Source: Microcoleus sp. | GTDB lineage: Bacteria; Cyanobacteriota; Cyanobacteriia; Cyanobacteriales; Microcoleaceae | Assembly: GCA_042408215.1 (NCBI GenBank) | Contig: JAYFMW010000019.1 | Location: 32,001 to 96,000 of the forward strand | DNA: 64,000 nt | Reading direction: 5' to 3' | Part shown: positions 43,533 to 53,599 of the stretch, piece by piece | Position numbering within the stretch: position 1 is the stretch's first letter | Layout: each line of letters starts with the position of its first letter | Notes under the pieces: model-generated | What the model was told of the DNA's origin: nothing | Databases searched by the model: none | What the model saw: the letters and a program-made list of their open reading frames with translations, nothing else | Program-made: the position numbers and the translations under genes

Positions 43533-44090
43533 ATGGGTAATCCCAGATTGTTAAATCTAGCATCATGGCTGCCGCGATCGTGTGCCAACGGGCCAGGGAC
43601 GCGGATGGTGCTATGGGCACAGGGTTGTCCGTTTCGTTGTCCAAATTGCCAAAACTCTGATTATTTGGAGTTTAAATTTAATCAAGTTGTGACAGTCGAT
43701 CGCGTGTGGGAGGTGTTTCAACAGCAACCCGGATTAGCAGGGATATCGTTTTCCGGTGGGGAACCTTTTGCCCAAGCTGTGGCATTTGCGGAGTTAGCGG
43801 CGCGAGTGCAAAGTGTGGGGAAAACGGTGGTTTGTTGGAGTGGATATCGTTTGGAAGAGTTAGAAAGGAGTGAGATTCCGGGGGCGGGGGAATTATTGCA
43901 ACATATTGATTTATTGATTGATGGTTTATTTGTGGAAAGTTTAGCAGGAAATGAAGTTTTAAGGGGGTCAAAAAATCAGAGGTTACATTTTTTATCGGGG
44001 AGAATTATAGAGGCGGATTTGGTCGATATTCCGCGTCAGGAGTGGGTGATCAATTCCGAGACGATGACTTATACAGGGTTTCCAGTTTAG
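43533..44090 (+). CDS. NrdG-like radical SAM / 4Fe-4S protein
   Basis: NGPGTRMVLWAQGCPFRCPNCQN (CxxxCxxC), SGGEPF, DLLIDG.F, RGSKNQR. Confidence 0.9.
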   Translation: MGNPRLLNLASWLPRSCANGPGTRMVLWAQGCPFRCPNCQNSDYLEFKFNQVVTVDRVWEVFQQQPGLAGISFSGGEPFAQAVAFAELAARVQSVGKTVVCWSGYRLEELERSEIPGAGELLQHIDLLIDGLFVESLAGNEVLRGSKNQRLHFLSGRIIEADLVDIPRQEWVINSETMTYTGFPV

Positions 44091-44096
44091 GAGGTT

Positions 44097-44825
44097 GTGA
44101 TGACTAAAGTAGTATTGATAGGCGATCGCGCCGTTGGTAAAACAAGCATGGTTCATGCTTTGTGTACACCACCCCATGAAAAAGTTGAACCCAAGGAAGG
44201 TCCATCTGGGGATGTAGCTCCAACCGAAGGCATAGAAATTAAAAATTTGACAATAGTTGTGGAACTTCCTGCTGGAAACATTGAGCTTTCATTAGTGTGG
44301 ATCGATACTCCTGGAGAGTTACAAACTAATCGAAAAAAACAAGAGGATAGTCCAGAAACTTGGGGGAAATTTTGCCAGGAAGTCAAAGACAGTGACTATG
44401 TGATGTTGCTGTTGCCACCACATCAAAGCTTACTCAATAACAAAAATATTCCAGATATCGATGATTTTCCTACTTCTGGGCAGTCTCAAAATAGGTTCAA
44501 GCAATGGTGGGTTTCGTTTTTACGTCAAAACCCTCAAAAAGCCAAAAATATTTTAATTTGCCGTCACAAAGCAGACCTGTTTATTGCGGATATTCAAACA
44601 GAAGGAGATCAATATAGATATGGCAATGAAGGATTTTCGTGGAAAAATTATTTTGATTTTAGCAGCCGCTATTTTAGGGAGGTAGATTCTGAAATTAGCG
44701 ATTACAGAAAAAATAATACCCGTCAAGAAGTTCGTCTTTTTGTGACAACTATTCACAATCGCTCTTTATTAGAATTGCCTTGGATTTATATTGCTACTCG
44801 TGAATCTATTAGGCCAAAATACTAA
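44097..44825 (+). CDS. TRAFAC-class GTPase-like protein 1
   Basis: G1 GDRAVGKTS, G2-like PTEG, G3 DTPGE, G4 HKAD. Confidence 0.82.
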   Translation: MMTKVVLIGDRAVGKTSMVHALCTPPHEKVEPKEGPSGDVAPTEGIEIKNLTIVVELPAGNIELSLVWIDTPGELQTNRKKQEDSPETWGKFCQEVKDSDYVMLLLPPHQSLLNNKNIPDIDDFPTSGQSQNRFKQWWVSFLRQNPQKAKNILICRHKADLFIADIQTEGDQYRYGNEGFSWKNYFDFSSRYFREVDSEISDYRKNNTRQEVRLFVTTIHNRSLLELPWIYIATRESIRPKY

Positions 44826-44853
44826 ATTATTTACTTTTATTAGGAGTAAGTCT

Positions 44854-45675
44854 ATGACAGATATTGCCATTATTGGACCACGATCATCTGGAAAAAGCAC
44901 CTACTTAGATGCTTTAGCACGGGTTGCCAGAGAAAATACTTTTCCGAGTTTAAGTATTAGTCTTTATCAGGATGAGAATGGTCAAATTCTGGATAATAGG
45001 TCTCAGAATGTATTTGAAAAAGGAGATGTATTAGGACAAACTGAGGTTGCTGAAGCTGGAAAAGAGCCTACCTTTGCCTTTACTATTAAGCTGCCTGCTG
45101 GAAACTATAGAGTTAGACAAGCACAAGAAATTAAATTATCCTTTGTTGATTATGCTGGAGAAATTTTTAATAAAATCGCCCGCAAACCAGATGAAGTTCA
45201 GTCATACATTAACCAACTGATGAAAGTAGAAGCTTGGATGGTGATGCTCACGGATTTTCAACCTGGGAAAGCTGACGGTGAATATCAGATGATATTGGAA
45301 GCACTTTGGCAGAAAATTCAAAGTAAAGAAATTCCGATGGCGGTAGTAATGAGTAAATGTGAACGTGGGGAAATTTGGCCAGGAAGACTTGACCCCGATG
45401 AGGATTTATTCAAAGTTCGCTTGCCAAAGACTTACAATTATTTGACAAATCCTGAAAACAAGATATCTAGTGAAAGGCTGAAGTTTTTTGCTTGTTCTTC
45501 CTTTGGCGTAAGAGCTTTTCAAGACCCTCGCCCTAACCGCCGGAATTTTGACAAACATCTTTCCTCTGAACTTAGCGCAGTTCTTAGAGACGATTGTTCG
45601 TGGAAACCTTATGGTTTGATTGCACCACTTTATTGGTTAAGTACGGGAAAGGTTTTATCGGAACCAAGCATTTAG
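44854..45675 (+). CDS. TRAFAC-class GTPase-like protein 2
   Basis: AGGAG RBS before ATG 44854; G1 GPRSSGKST, G3 DYAGE, G4-like SKCE, G5-like CSSFG. Confidence 0.82.
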   Translation: MTDIAIIGPRSSGKSTYLDALARVARENTFPSLSISLYQDENGQILDNRSQNVFEKGDVLGQTEVAEAGKEPTFAFTIKLPAGNYRVRQAQEIKLSFVDYAGEIFNKIARKPDEVQSYINQLMKVEAWMVMLTDFQPGKADGEYQMILEALWQKIQSKEIPMAVVMSKCERGEIWPGRLDPDEDLFKVRLPKTYNYLTNPENKISSERLKFFACSSFGVRAFQDPRPNRRNFDKHLSSELSAVLRDDCSWKPYGLIAPLYWLSTGKVLSEPSI

Positions 45676-45720
45676 TTACTTAATCACCACACCCTAAAAT
45701 ATAAACAGGAGACATAAACA

Positions 45721-46623
45721 ATGATTCAAAGAATATTTACCATGATTCAAAGAATATTTAATTTAGGTCAGAATAATCAACAGGGAACAGTTGAATTTCG
45801 CATAGTAGGCGATCGCGCCTCTGGAAAAACTACTTATTTAGCCGCCTTAGCTTACTGGCCAATTTCTCTAGTGGGTACAGATTCCCCTATTCATAGCGTA
45901 GAACCCTATGATCCCAAATCACAAGTATTATATGACATGGCAGAAAATATCTTACTACAGGGGGATGATTTACCTTCGAATGAAGAACCTATTCTTTACA
46001 GTTTAACTGTTAAATTAAAACAAAAATTTGTAGAAAAATTAACAGGCAAACCACCCAGTATTAGAATATCCTGTGTAGATTATCCAGGAGAATTTTTTGA
46101 GAATCTTAGGAAGAATGCTTCTATAGTGGATAGTTATTTAAACGATCTCCAAGCAGCCGCAGGCTTACTCTTATTAATTGATGGAACTAAGCAAACTAAT
46201 CAAGACGATCAAAATAATGCTAAAGCTATCCAAATATTAGAAAAAAGGCTAAACCCAAGACTGGCTAATACTCCCCGGCTCAGGAACTATCGGATAGCTG
46301 TTGTTATTTCCAAAGCTGAAGACGCAAGAATTTGGGCTAGTTTGGATAACGTACCAAATTTTATGCAGCGTAAATTTCCCCAGACTCAATCGGCTTTAAA
46401 TCAATGGAAAACTGAGTGGAACTGTAACGTTGAATACTTTTCTTGTTCTGCTTTTGGTTGGAAGGGAACGAGAAGAGCACCCAATACAAAAGTAATTCAG
46501 AGAGACCCCCCAAAAGCAATTCTTCTCGATGGTCAGTCGTGGAAACCCGAAGGTCTAGTACAGCCGATTTTTTGGTTGCAAACAGGATATCGTCATTCAG
46601 AAATTACAAAAAACAATCTTTAA
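45721..46623 (+). CDS. TRAFAC-class GTPase-like protein 3
   Basis: AGGAG RBS; G1 GDRASGKTT, G3 DYPGE, G4-like SKAE, G5-like CSAFG; shares W-K-P-x-G-L...P..WL.TG tail with protein 2. Confidence 0.82.
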   Translation: MIQRIFTMIQRIFNLGQNNQQGTVEFRIVGDRASGKTTYLAALAYWPISLVGTDSPIHSVEPYDPKSQVLYDMAENILLQGDDLPSNEEPILYSLTVKLKQKFVEKLTGKPPSIRISCVDYPGEFFENLRKNASIVDSYLNDLQAAAGLLLLIDGTKQTNQDDQNNAKAIQILEKRLNPRLANTPRLRNYRIAVVISKAEDARIWASLDNVPNFMQRKFPQTQSALNQWKTEWNCNVEYFSCSAFGWKGTRRAPNTKVIQRDPPKAILLDGQSWKPEGLVQPIFWLQTGYRHSEITKNNL

Positions 46624-46640
46624 ATAAGGAGGAAAGGACA

Positions 46641-48918
46641 ATGCCCTCACCTACATCGCAATTTTGTATTTATGAGTTCTCGAAAAAATTTGACAGTATT
46701 CAGCCCAAAAATGGAATCTGGGTATCTGGTGGCTTTGAGATTGATAAAACCAAGGCTTTTTTTCGCTCAAATTACCAGTCTGGGGATATCTCTGCAATTC
46801 CTGCTCAAATTCGGCAAGCTGTTATTGACGGGTTATTTGAGATTCCTAATGCCCTATCCACCCAACCCGCTTAGTAACGAGGAATTTTATCAAAAAGTCG
46901 CAAATAGACAGCTAGATATCGCTCATCCTCAGCCTGAAGATATAGCTTTAATTGCTAGAGAGTTAGATGATTACAGTGTCTTAGCCGTAGCCACCCGCCA
47001 AATGGACGATAGGGGGTTTCGGGCTAAACTGGTTGGTTATCGATATTTCTGGCTGAAAACTTCTGATTTGAATCCTCAGCGTCCTGATTTAGTGGATGGA
47101 ATTGCTACTTTACTTTCCTGGTGGACTGAGAACGGAAACCTATGCTTTGACATGAATCCTAGCTCCTATGAACATAGCCCTAACAAAAATCAGCCCTACT
47201 TGGGTGAACGAGTTATATATAAACAGCTCATTAGAAAAAAATATCAACCAGTTTCCAAAATTTATAAATCCGTTCTTCCTTGTCTTTTTGAACCTACTAC
47301 AGATCGACAATTCGATGTTTGGAATCTGCACGCTCAGGCTTTGCACTTATGCAACATAATGCAAAAACCTGCTTGGGCTTGGAATGTGCGTAAACTCACG
47401 AAGCCTGAAACATTTACGGTGGTTTATTGTGCCGATCGCGCATCCTACGATCAATTTTTCAGTCCAGTTTTAAAATCTATTGAACCAGCAAAACCAGACA
47501 AGTCAAGAATCGAGATTTCTGGTGCTCAGATTAGTTTGTCAAATTCTGCTCAGTCTGACATTCTAAGTGTCGATCATTCGCCAAGTTCTTCCGATCCGCC
47601 AATTTCTCCAAACCAAGATGCTTCTAATCTAAAAAAGTATCTTGAACATGTTGGAACGAATAGTAAATCAACAGACCTGCGATTGCTGATTGACCTTTAT
47701 AAAAAAAACCCGCCTAGTAAGCATAGAGATTTGTGGTTCAACTATGTTAATCAAGAGCTTTTATTAATAAATAATGCCAAAAGATGTAATTTTCATGTTC
47801 GCAACTTGACTCTGGTGAGTGTGTTTATCGGGGATATTAAGAGCAAAGGTCAGTCAAGTCCACAAAGTACAGACAATGTTAATTTTACTGAGGAAGAGAA
47901 AGAATTGGCTATAGGTTATCTGAATGAGCTTTCAATCGATATCAGCATTTACGAAAGTCTAGATGCCTACAATCAAACTGTTCGTAAGCTAAAACAAAAT
48001 ATTGCTAATTTGCGTAAAAGCCTGTCAGGTGAAGACGAGTCCCCAGGAGGAGATGGTAAGGGGTCAAGTGATTTTCCTCACTCTATCATCAAGCTGTTCA
48101 TAGATATTGCCAACCGACATTATAAATTGCTAATTATCTCAATAATTCCGGTTTTTTTTCTGTCTTTCGTTCTTCTTAAAATCAACCCCCTAACACTGAT
48201 GATTAATAAAATTTCTGGTGTAGCGCCGTCCCCCCAAGAACCAAGATCGAGTAATGATGCAAATCAAAAATACACAGTTCAACAGCTACAAGCTGCCAGA
48301 ACATTTATTGAGGAAAAGTCGGTGACAAAGGAATGTAGGGCGAGTAGTTCATCAGCCCAAACTCAAGAGTGCAAAATCTATACGCAAACTAAAAACAAAC
48401 TACCTAATTGGCCTGTTCTTCCTAACCCACCCGCAAATGCAGTTATTCCACAAGGACAAACTTCAGCTCCCAAAATGTTAGCAAAAAGCAGAGGGCCGCA
48501 AAACAATCCTCCTGAACTGGTGAGTTTTTTACAGCAAAGTTTGAAAGTTGCAGGAGCAGAAAAAGTGGGTGATTTAGGCGTATTTGATGAGACTCTTGAA
48601 AATGCGGTTAAAGAGTTTCAGGAAAATAGAAAAGAATGCGAATTATACCGAAAAGACGATAATGGTAAGCAGTTAACAGACAATAAAGGTAATCCAATAT
48701 TTGTATTTGACGGTCAGGCTGGGGAAAAAACCTGGCAATGCCTATCCGATTATGTTCAAAAAAAACAGGTTATTGCTGTTTTAGATTATGAGATACAAAG
48801 TATGAGTCAGCGTAAATCTGAATCTGAAATACAGCAACATATCACACAGTGCAAATCCCAAAAAGCTAAACCTAAAGATTTTCTTGAATGCGTCACAGGC
48901 AAGGAGCTACCAAAATGA
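46641..48918 (+). CDS. Large protein: cytoplasmic N-domain, single TM helix, peptidoglycan-binding-like C-terminal region; apparent +1 frameshift at ~46852
   Basis: AGGAGG RBS before ATG 46641; deleting one C from AAT GCC C TAT joins it to the long ORF; TM LLIISIIPVFFLSFVLL; LQQSL...GVFDETLENAVKEFQ...DGQAGEKTW. Confidence 0.72.
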
Positions 48919-49997
48919 CCATTAGTATTTCTTTTTACAGAGCATTATTTTACACTTTATCTGGCATAGTATCAGCTATCATTGGCTGGTTTTTAAGCCA
49001 AATATTGCTAATTGATTTAGGTCAATTCTTTATCAAAGATGCTCTTCTCTTTAACCCTGATTTTATTTTGCTTCCGATTGTGGGAGCTTGCCTAGCTGTG
49101 GCAATGGTAGTGACAGAAATTTTCCTCAGTAACCCCACTCGTTATCGTGCTAATAGGCGAGTTTTACCTCCCTACTTTTGGGGAGCATTAGCGACTGGAG
49201 CCGTTGCAGGTCTAATATCCGCCGTTTGCACTTCGCTCCTGTATGCTACAGGGACTCCTAGTGGAATTGTCAGAGTAGCAACTTGGAGTTTAGTTGGGTT
49301 TTTCACAGGTTTGGGTGAGAGTCTCAGTTGGCGACTGCGTAGTATTGAAGCCTCAAGCAGTCTGGCGAATCAACGGATCAAAAAAGCTATTTTATTTGGA
49401 TTAGGAGCAGGTTTTGGGGCTGCGGTTTTAGTTGAGATATTTCGCAGTGATATTCAACTAGGTGGCTATGAAGATCCGGCTGGTTTTCTCGTATTGGGAC
49501 TGATGTTAGGTCTTTCCCTTAGTTTTGCCACTGCTCCGACTTACCAAGTAGCTTTGAGAGCAGGTAAAGGATTTGAGCCACCGCCATCTCAGGCACTTAT
49601 TGTTGGCAAATCTCTCCCCGAATTAAGAAACAGTTTGAGGTTTGTTACTACTAAATCACGCTCTGCATTGATTGAAGAAGGTTTATCAATTAAACTACCT
49701 TCTCAAACGACCTCTCCCATCATTATTGGTTCTGGAGATAGGGTAGACATTTATATTCCCAATATTCCCGAAGAGTGCGCGGGTTTAGAAGTGAAAAATC
49801 GTCAAGTGACGCTTACTTGTTGGGTTCATAAGCAAGTCAAAATTCAGAATCGTCGGATGAATCTGGGCGATCAAGAAACCTTAATCCATAATCAGATTAT
49901 CACTTTTTACCATGAAAATCGACAACCTAATGCAGAAGAAGACAGTCAACTTTATCGCTTTGTTTTCTATGACAGATTCCTCGATCCGCAGGCTTAA
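48915..49997 (+). CDS. Multi-TM membrane protein with C-terminal FHA-like domain
   Basis: AAGGAG RBS and ATGA overlap with the previous stop; about six Gly-rich TM helices; IIIGSG..DIYIP...L.HNQIITF beta-sandwich-like tail. Confidence 0.7.
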   Translation: MTISISFYRALFYTLSGIVSAIIGWFLSQILLIDLGQFFIKDALLFNPDFILLPIVGACLAVAMVVTEIFLSNPTRYRANRRVLPPYFWGALATGAVAGLISAVCTSLLYATGTPSGIVRVATWSLVGFFTGLGESLSWRLRSIEASSSLANQRIKKAILFGLGAGFGAAVLVEIFRSDIQLGGYEDPAGFLVLGLMLGLSLSFATAPTYQVALRAGKGFEPPPSQALIVGKSLPELRNSLRFVTTKSRSALIEEGLSIKLPSQTTSPIIIGSGDRVDIYIPNIPEECAGLEVKNRQVTLTCWVHKQVKIQNRRMNLGDQETLIHNQIITFYHENRQPNAEEDSQLYRFVFYDRFLDPQA

Positions 49998-51268
49998 TAA
50001 AATTGCCATTATATTTTTGATGGCATTATGGTCGCAACCTGTTTTAGCGAGTTCAGTAGAGATTGTGCGTTGGAGTACCCAATGTGATAATGTCAAGTTG
50101 AGAGTTAAAGCGGTTGATGATAGTAATGTTCCCATTCAAGGCTTGAAAGCTAAGGATTTTCAGTTTAAAACAACCAACGCACAGGGACAGCAAATTACAT
50201 TAAAACCATCTCAAATTAATTTTATTCCTTCACAACAATCCCAACCAGATCCTGCTTATCTGGTGATGCTTTTAGACATGAGCGGGAGCATGAAAAATCA
50301 AGATTTAGCGGGGAAAAAGAAACAGGAAGAAGCCGTTAAGGCAGTTCGAGAGGTGATTCGCGATATCAGGGCAGAAAAGATGCCCGTGCAAATTGCTCTA
50401 ATTCCCTTTGGCGAAGCTGGAAAATATTGTAAACAGGGTTTTAAAGTTGATGCTGATGAAATCTCTCGCAGGTTAGTCAAAGTCACAGATAATCAGTTAG
50501 ATGAACAGCTAAATACTTTAGCTGCCATTGAGGTATGTGCGGCTACGATAATTTATGAACCTTTAGCAGAAACCGTTAAGTTTTTAGGGGAAAGCAATTT
50601 TCCATCGCCCACGAAGGATATGATGGGACAACCATTGCCTCCAAGATTCGCTGTTATTCTGCTTTCTGATGGCTATGATGTTTCAAGAAGTAATGAAAAA
50701 GAGCGGTTTCAAAACTTAATTGAGGTACTGCACCAATATCCCCAAGTAACAGTTCATGCAATGGGATATGGAGAAAAATTGCGGCAATTGCGCGATCGAT
50801 CGAATTGTTCTTTAAGTGACAGTCAACTGACAGTTGATAATATCAGTGCTGTTTGCCGACTGCCAGGAAAAGATATCAATGAATTTATCGTTGATGAAAG
50901 CCGTCTCAATGAGATTGCCCAAGCCACAGGGGGAATTTACCGACTTCCAGGGAAATGCTCAGGAAGTTGTAGAAACCTTAAGGACATTTTTAACCACATT
51001 ACGCGAATATGAAATTACCTATCGACAACCAGGGAGCGATCGCGCTTCACTGCATCAAACGACAGTAGGAGTGATGGCTCCATCTCGACAGCTTGATCTT
51101 ACTGCTGAAGCCAAGCCAATTCGGATGTCTAATTTTAATTATTGTCCTCTGCCTCTGCCCAATCGTTTCGGTATTCTTGTTTTCACGTTAATTGGGGGTT
51201 TATTCGGTTTAAAGTTCTTTATAACCTGGAGTAAAAACCTAAAAGAGCAAGCAGAAACAACTTTGTAA
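49969..51268 (+). CDS. Exported vWA (MIDAS) protein with C-terminal TM anchor; apparent +1 frameshift at ~50950
   Basis: Signal peptide ending PVLA; LLDMSGSM, T, LLSDG; deleting one G from CCA GGG AAA gives PGNAQEVVETL...GILVFTLIGGLFGL. Confidence 0.8.
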
Positions 51269-51299
51269 AATATCATCAAATCAAGGAAACAGATCAACC

Positions 51300-51751
51300 A
51301 TGCCTAGAATATACTTTGATTGTCGAAATGCCCAATGCTGGGAATATCGCCAGATAAGGATACACCCTCAATCTACCCAGTGGGGCTTTTGTGGATTGCT
51401 CCGGGGGACTATTTTAGGAAGCCGGAAAATCGCGCCAAGCTGAAGACTGATATAGAAACTCAATCTGCACGACAAGTGAGCGAAGCAGACTTAGACTTCT
51501 TTATTAAAGAATGGTGTCGTGACATTAAACAGGGGTTGAATCCGACTACAGTGCGCCGAGACTTACCCCCCATAGGAATTGCTACACCAACATCTACCCC
51601 ATCCCCAACTCGGACTTCCGTACCTGGTGGCTATGATACTAGAGAAAATGGAGGAAATTCTACGGGTGGTAATTCTCACAATCCCCCTCCGAAACCCCCC
51701 AATCCACCTCAAACTGAAACACGATCAACTAACAATCAAGCTGATTTTTAA
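51300..51751 (+). CDS. Small hypothetical protein with Pro/Thr-rich tail; probable frameshift near 51380
   Basis: AAGGA RBS then ATG 51300 (MPRIYFDCRNAQCWEYRQ...); adding one G in TGGGGC joins it to the LLWIAPGDYF frame (exact shift site uncertain). Confidence 0.55.
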
Positions 51752-51766
51752 CAGAGGTCAAAAACA

Positions 51767-53398
51767 ATGGAACTACCTTACGATAAATGTCAACGCGAAC
51801 TTCAAGAACTCTTGCAGGCTCAATATCCCCTAATCTTCTTACGTTCCCCCGAAGAAAGTCGGGCAATTAACTGCGCGATCGCGGCTCATCGTTCTCTATC
51901 TAATGGTAATAACATTGAAGGAGAACTAGCACGATGGAGCAGTATTGATGGATTCCAAAAGTTAGCAACAGAAAACAATTGGCAAAGCACAGGTTCTATC
52001 CCAGAACCCAAAGACGATCCCATCATTCATGCCCTCAATTTCTTACAGAAAAGATTACAAGATCAATCTGGCAAAAATCCACAGCAACAATACACCTATA
52101 TTCTCCCCGATTGGTCAACCTTAATTGCACCAGATTGTCATCTTACTTCCCGAAAACTCAAAGAATTAGTCATTGCCATTGAACAAAAACGCCCCCGTCC
52201 CCGGATGAGTTTAATCGTTGTCGGTTCCGATTGGTCAATCCCACCGATTCTCCGCAACTGTGTACATATTTTAGACTTACCTTTGCCCATTGGCGAAGAA
52301 CTCTATAATAACGTTTTCCAAAATGCCGTTAGCAAATATGCCTTGCCTGATGACGAAGCTAAACGATTATCAGAACAAGCACAAGGAATGCCATTACAAG
52401 CCGCAGGCCAAACAGCGCGATTAATTACCACTAGAAATCTTTGGTCAAACCCCCAAGAAGCAGGTCAATTACTTTTAGAAGTGAAAAAACAAGAAATTAG
52501 AAAAACAGGAGTATTAGAATATTTTGCACCACAAGGTCAAGGGTTACAAGAAGTTGGCGGTTTAGAAAATGTCAAAAAATGGATTGAACGTCGCCGACAA
52601 TGGTTTGAGCAAGATACTAAACCCGAAATGCTCCCGCGTGCTATTCTCTTAGAAGGATACCCCGGATGTGGTAAAACATTTATTGCCAGAGCGATCGCGC
52701 AAGAATGGCGTGTCCCTCAAATTAACTTTGAAATTTCTCGCTTGCAATCAAAATGGGTAGGTGAATCAGAAAGTAATACCTTTCAAGCATTAAGAGCGAT
52801 CGAAGCTTCAGCCCCTAACATCCTATTTATGGATGAAATAGAGAAAGCATTTGCCGGAGTAGGTGGTGATAGTTCTGGAGTTAGTACCCGACAATTCGGC
52901 ACATTTCTCTCCTGGTTAAATGACCATAACTATCCTATTTTTTTCATTGCCACTTCTAATAATAGAGAATCCCTTCCACCTGAATTATTCCGGGCTGGCA
53001 GATTTGATGAAATTTTCATTGTTATGCCCCCAAACACCCAGGAACGTTGGGAAATAATTCAAAAACGCGCCCAAGCTTACAAGCTTCCACCGATTTCTGA
53101 GTCGATGCTCAACTTTTTAGTAGAAAAAACCATCGGGTTTTCAGGGGCTGAAATTGATAAGCTAGTGAAAGAGACGATTTATTTAGCAGATTATGGAAAC
53201 ATCCCAGCAGAATATCACTGGCAAAAAGCCCTTAATCAAATTAAACCTCAATACCGTACACCCAAAATGCAAAAGCTTTTAAAGAAATATCTAGAGTCGT
53301 TGAAGAAAGGCGATGGTAAAGCGGCATCAGCGGAAGAACCTGGTTTTTGGAAGAGTTTAGAAGTGCTGTCTGCCACTCAGCAAACTAATGAAACCTGA
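51767..53398 (+). CDS. AAA+ ATPase, Ycf46-like architecture
   Basis: N-terminal YPLIFLRSPEESR, K..EIRKTGVLE, VGGLENVKKW, GYPGCGKT, KWVGESE, FMDEIEK, PPELFRAGRFD, GFSGAEI. Confidence 0.9.
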   Translation: MELPYDKCQRELQELLQAQYPLIFLRSPEESRAINCAIAAHRSLSNGNNIEGELARWSSIDGFQKLATENNWQSTGSIPEPKDDPIIHALNFLQKRLQDQSGKNPQQQYTYILPDWSTLIAPDCHLTSRKLKELVIAIEQKRPRPRMSLIVVGSDWSIPPILRNCVHILDLPLPIGEELYNNVFQNAVSKYALPDDEAKRLSEQAQGMPLQAAGQTARLITTRNLWSNPQEAGQLLLEVKKQEIRKTGVLEYFAPQGQGLQEVGGLENVKKWIERRRQWFEQDTKPEMLPRAILLEGYPGCGKTFIARAIAQEWRVPQINFEISRLQSKWVGESESNTFQALRAIEASAPNILFMDEIEKAFAGVGGDSSGVSTRQFGTFLSWLNDHNYPIFFIATSNNRESLPPELFRAGRFDEIFIVMPPNTQERWEIIQKRAQAYKLPPISESMLNFLVEKTIGFSGAEIDKLVKETIYLADYGNIPAEYHWQKALNQIKPQYRTPKMQKLLKKYLESLKKGDGKAASAEEPGFWKSLEVLSATQQTNET

Positions 53399-53468
53399 AA
53401 TTATTGACTCAGCCGATCGCATGGCTGCGAGGCTCAGAGCAATGGGCATCGATCCAGACAAACTGTAA
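53388..53468 (+). pseudogene. Remnant of a Uma2-type C-terminal tail
   Basis: ...ADRMAARLRAMGIDPDKL*, matching the tail of 28961-29854 (ADRLRGMGINPDEL). Confidence 0.55.
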
Positions 53469-53599
53469 AATTTAGAAGTGCGATCGCCCGCCATGCAAAA
53501 TCCCGGAGCTTTGGTGACTGTAAAAGCAGCCATCAAACCCCCAGGATTTCTAATTTTCCTCTGTAACCGAGGTTCAAATAATCGCAAGCAAGCCTTAAC

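Noticed and set aside
43533..44090. Class III ribonucleotide reductase locus
   Set aside because: No nrdD-like gene nearby; gene symbol nrdG withheld.
46672..46850. ORF-track N-terminus MSSRKNL... of the 748-aa ORF
   Set aside because: No clear RBS; the AGGAGG-preceded ATG at 46641 in another frame plus one indel is more plausible.
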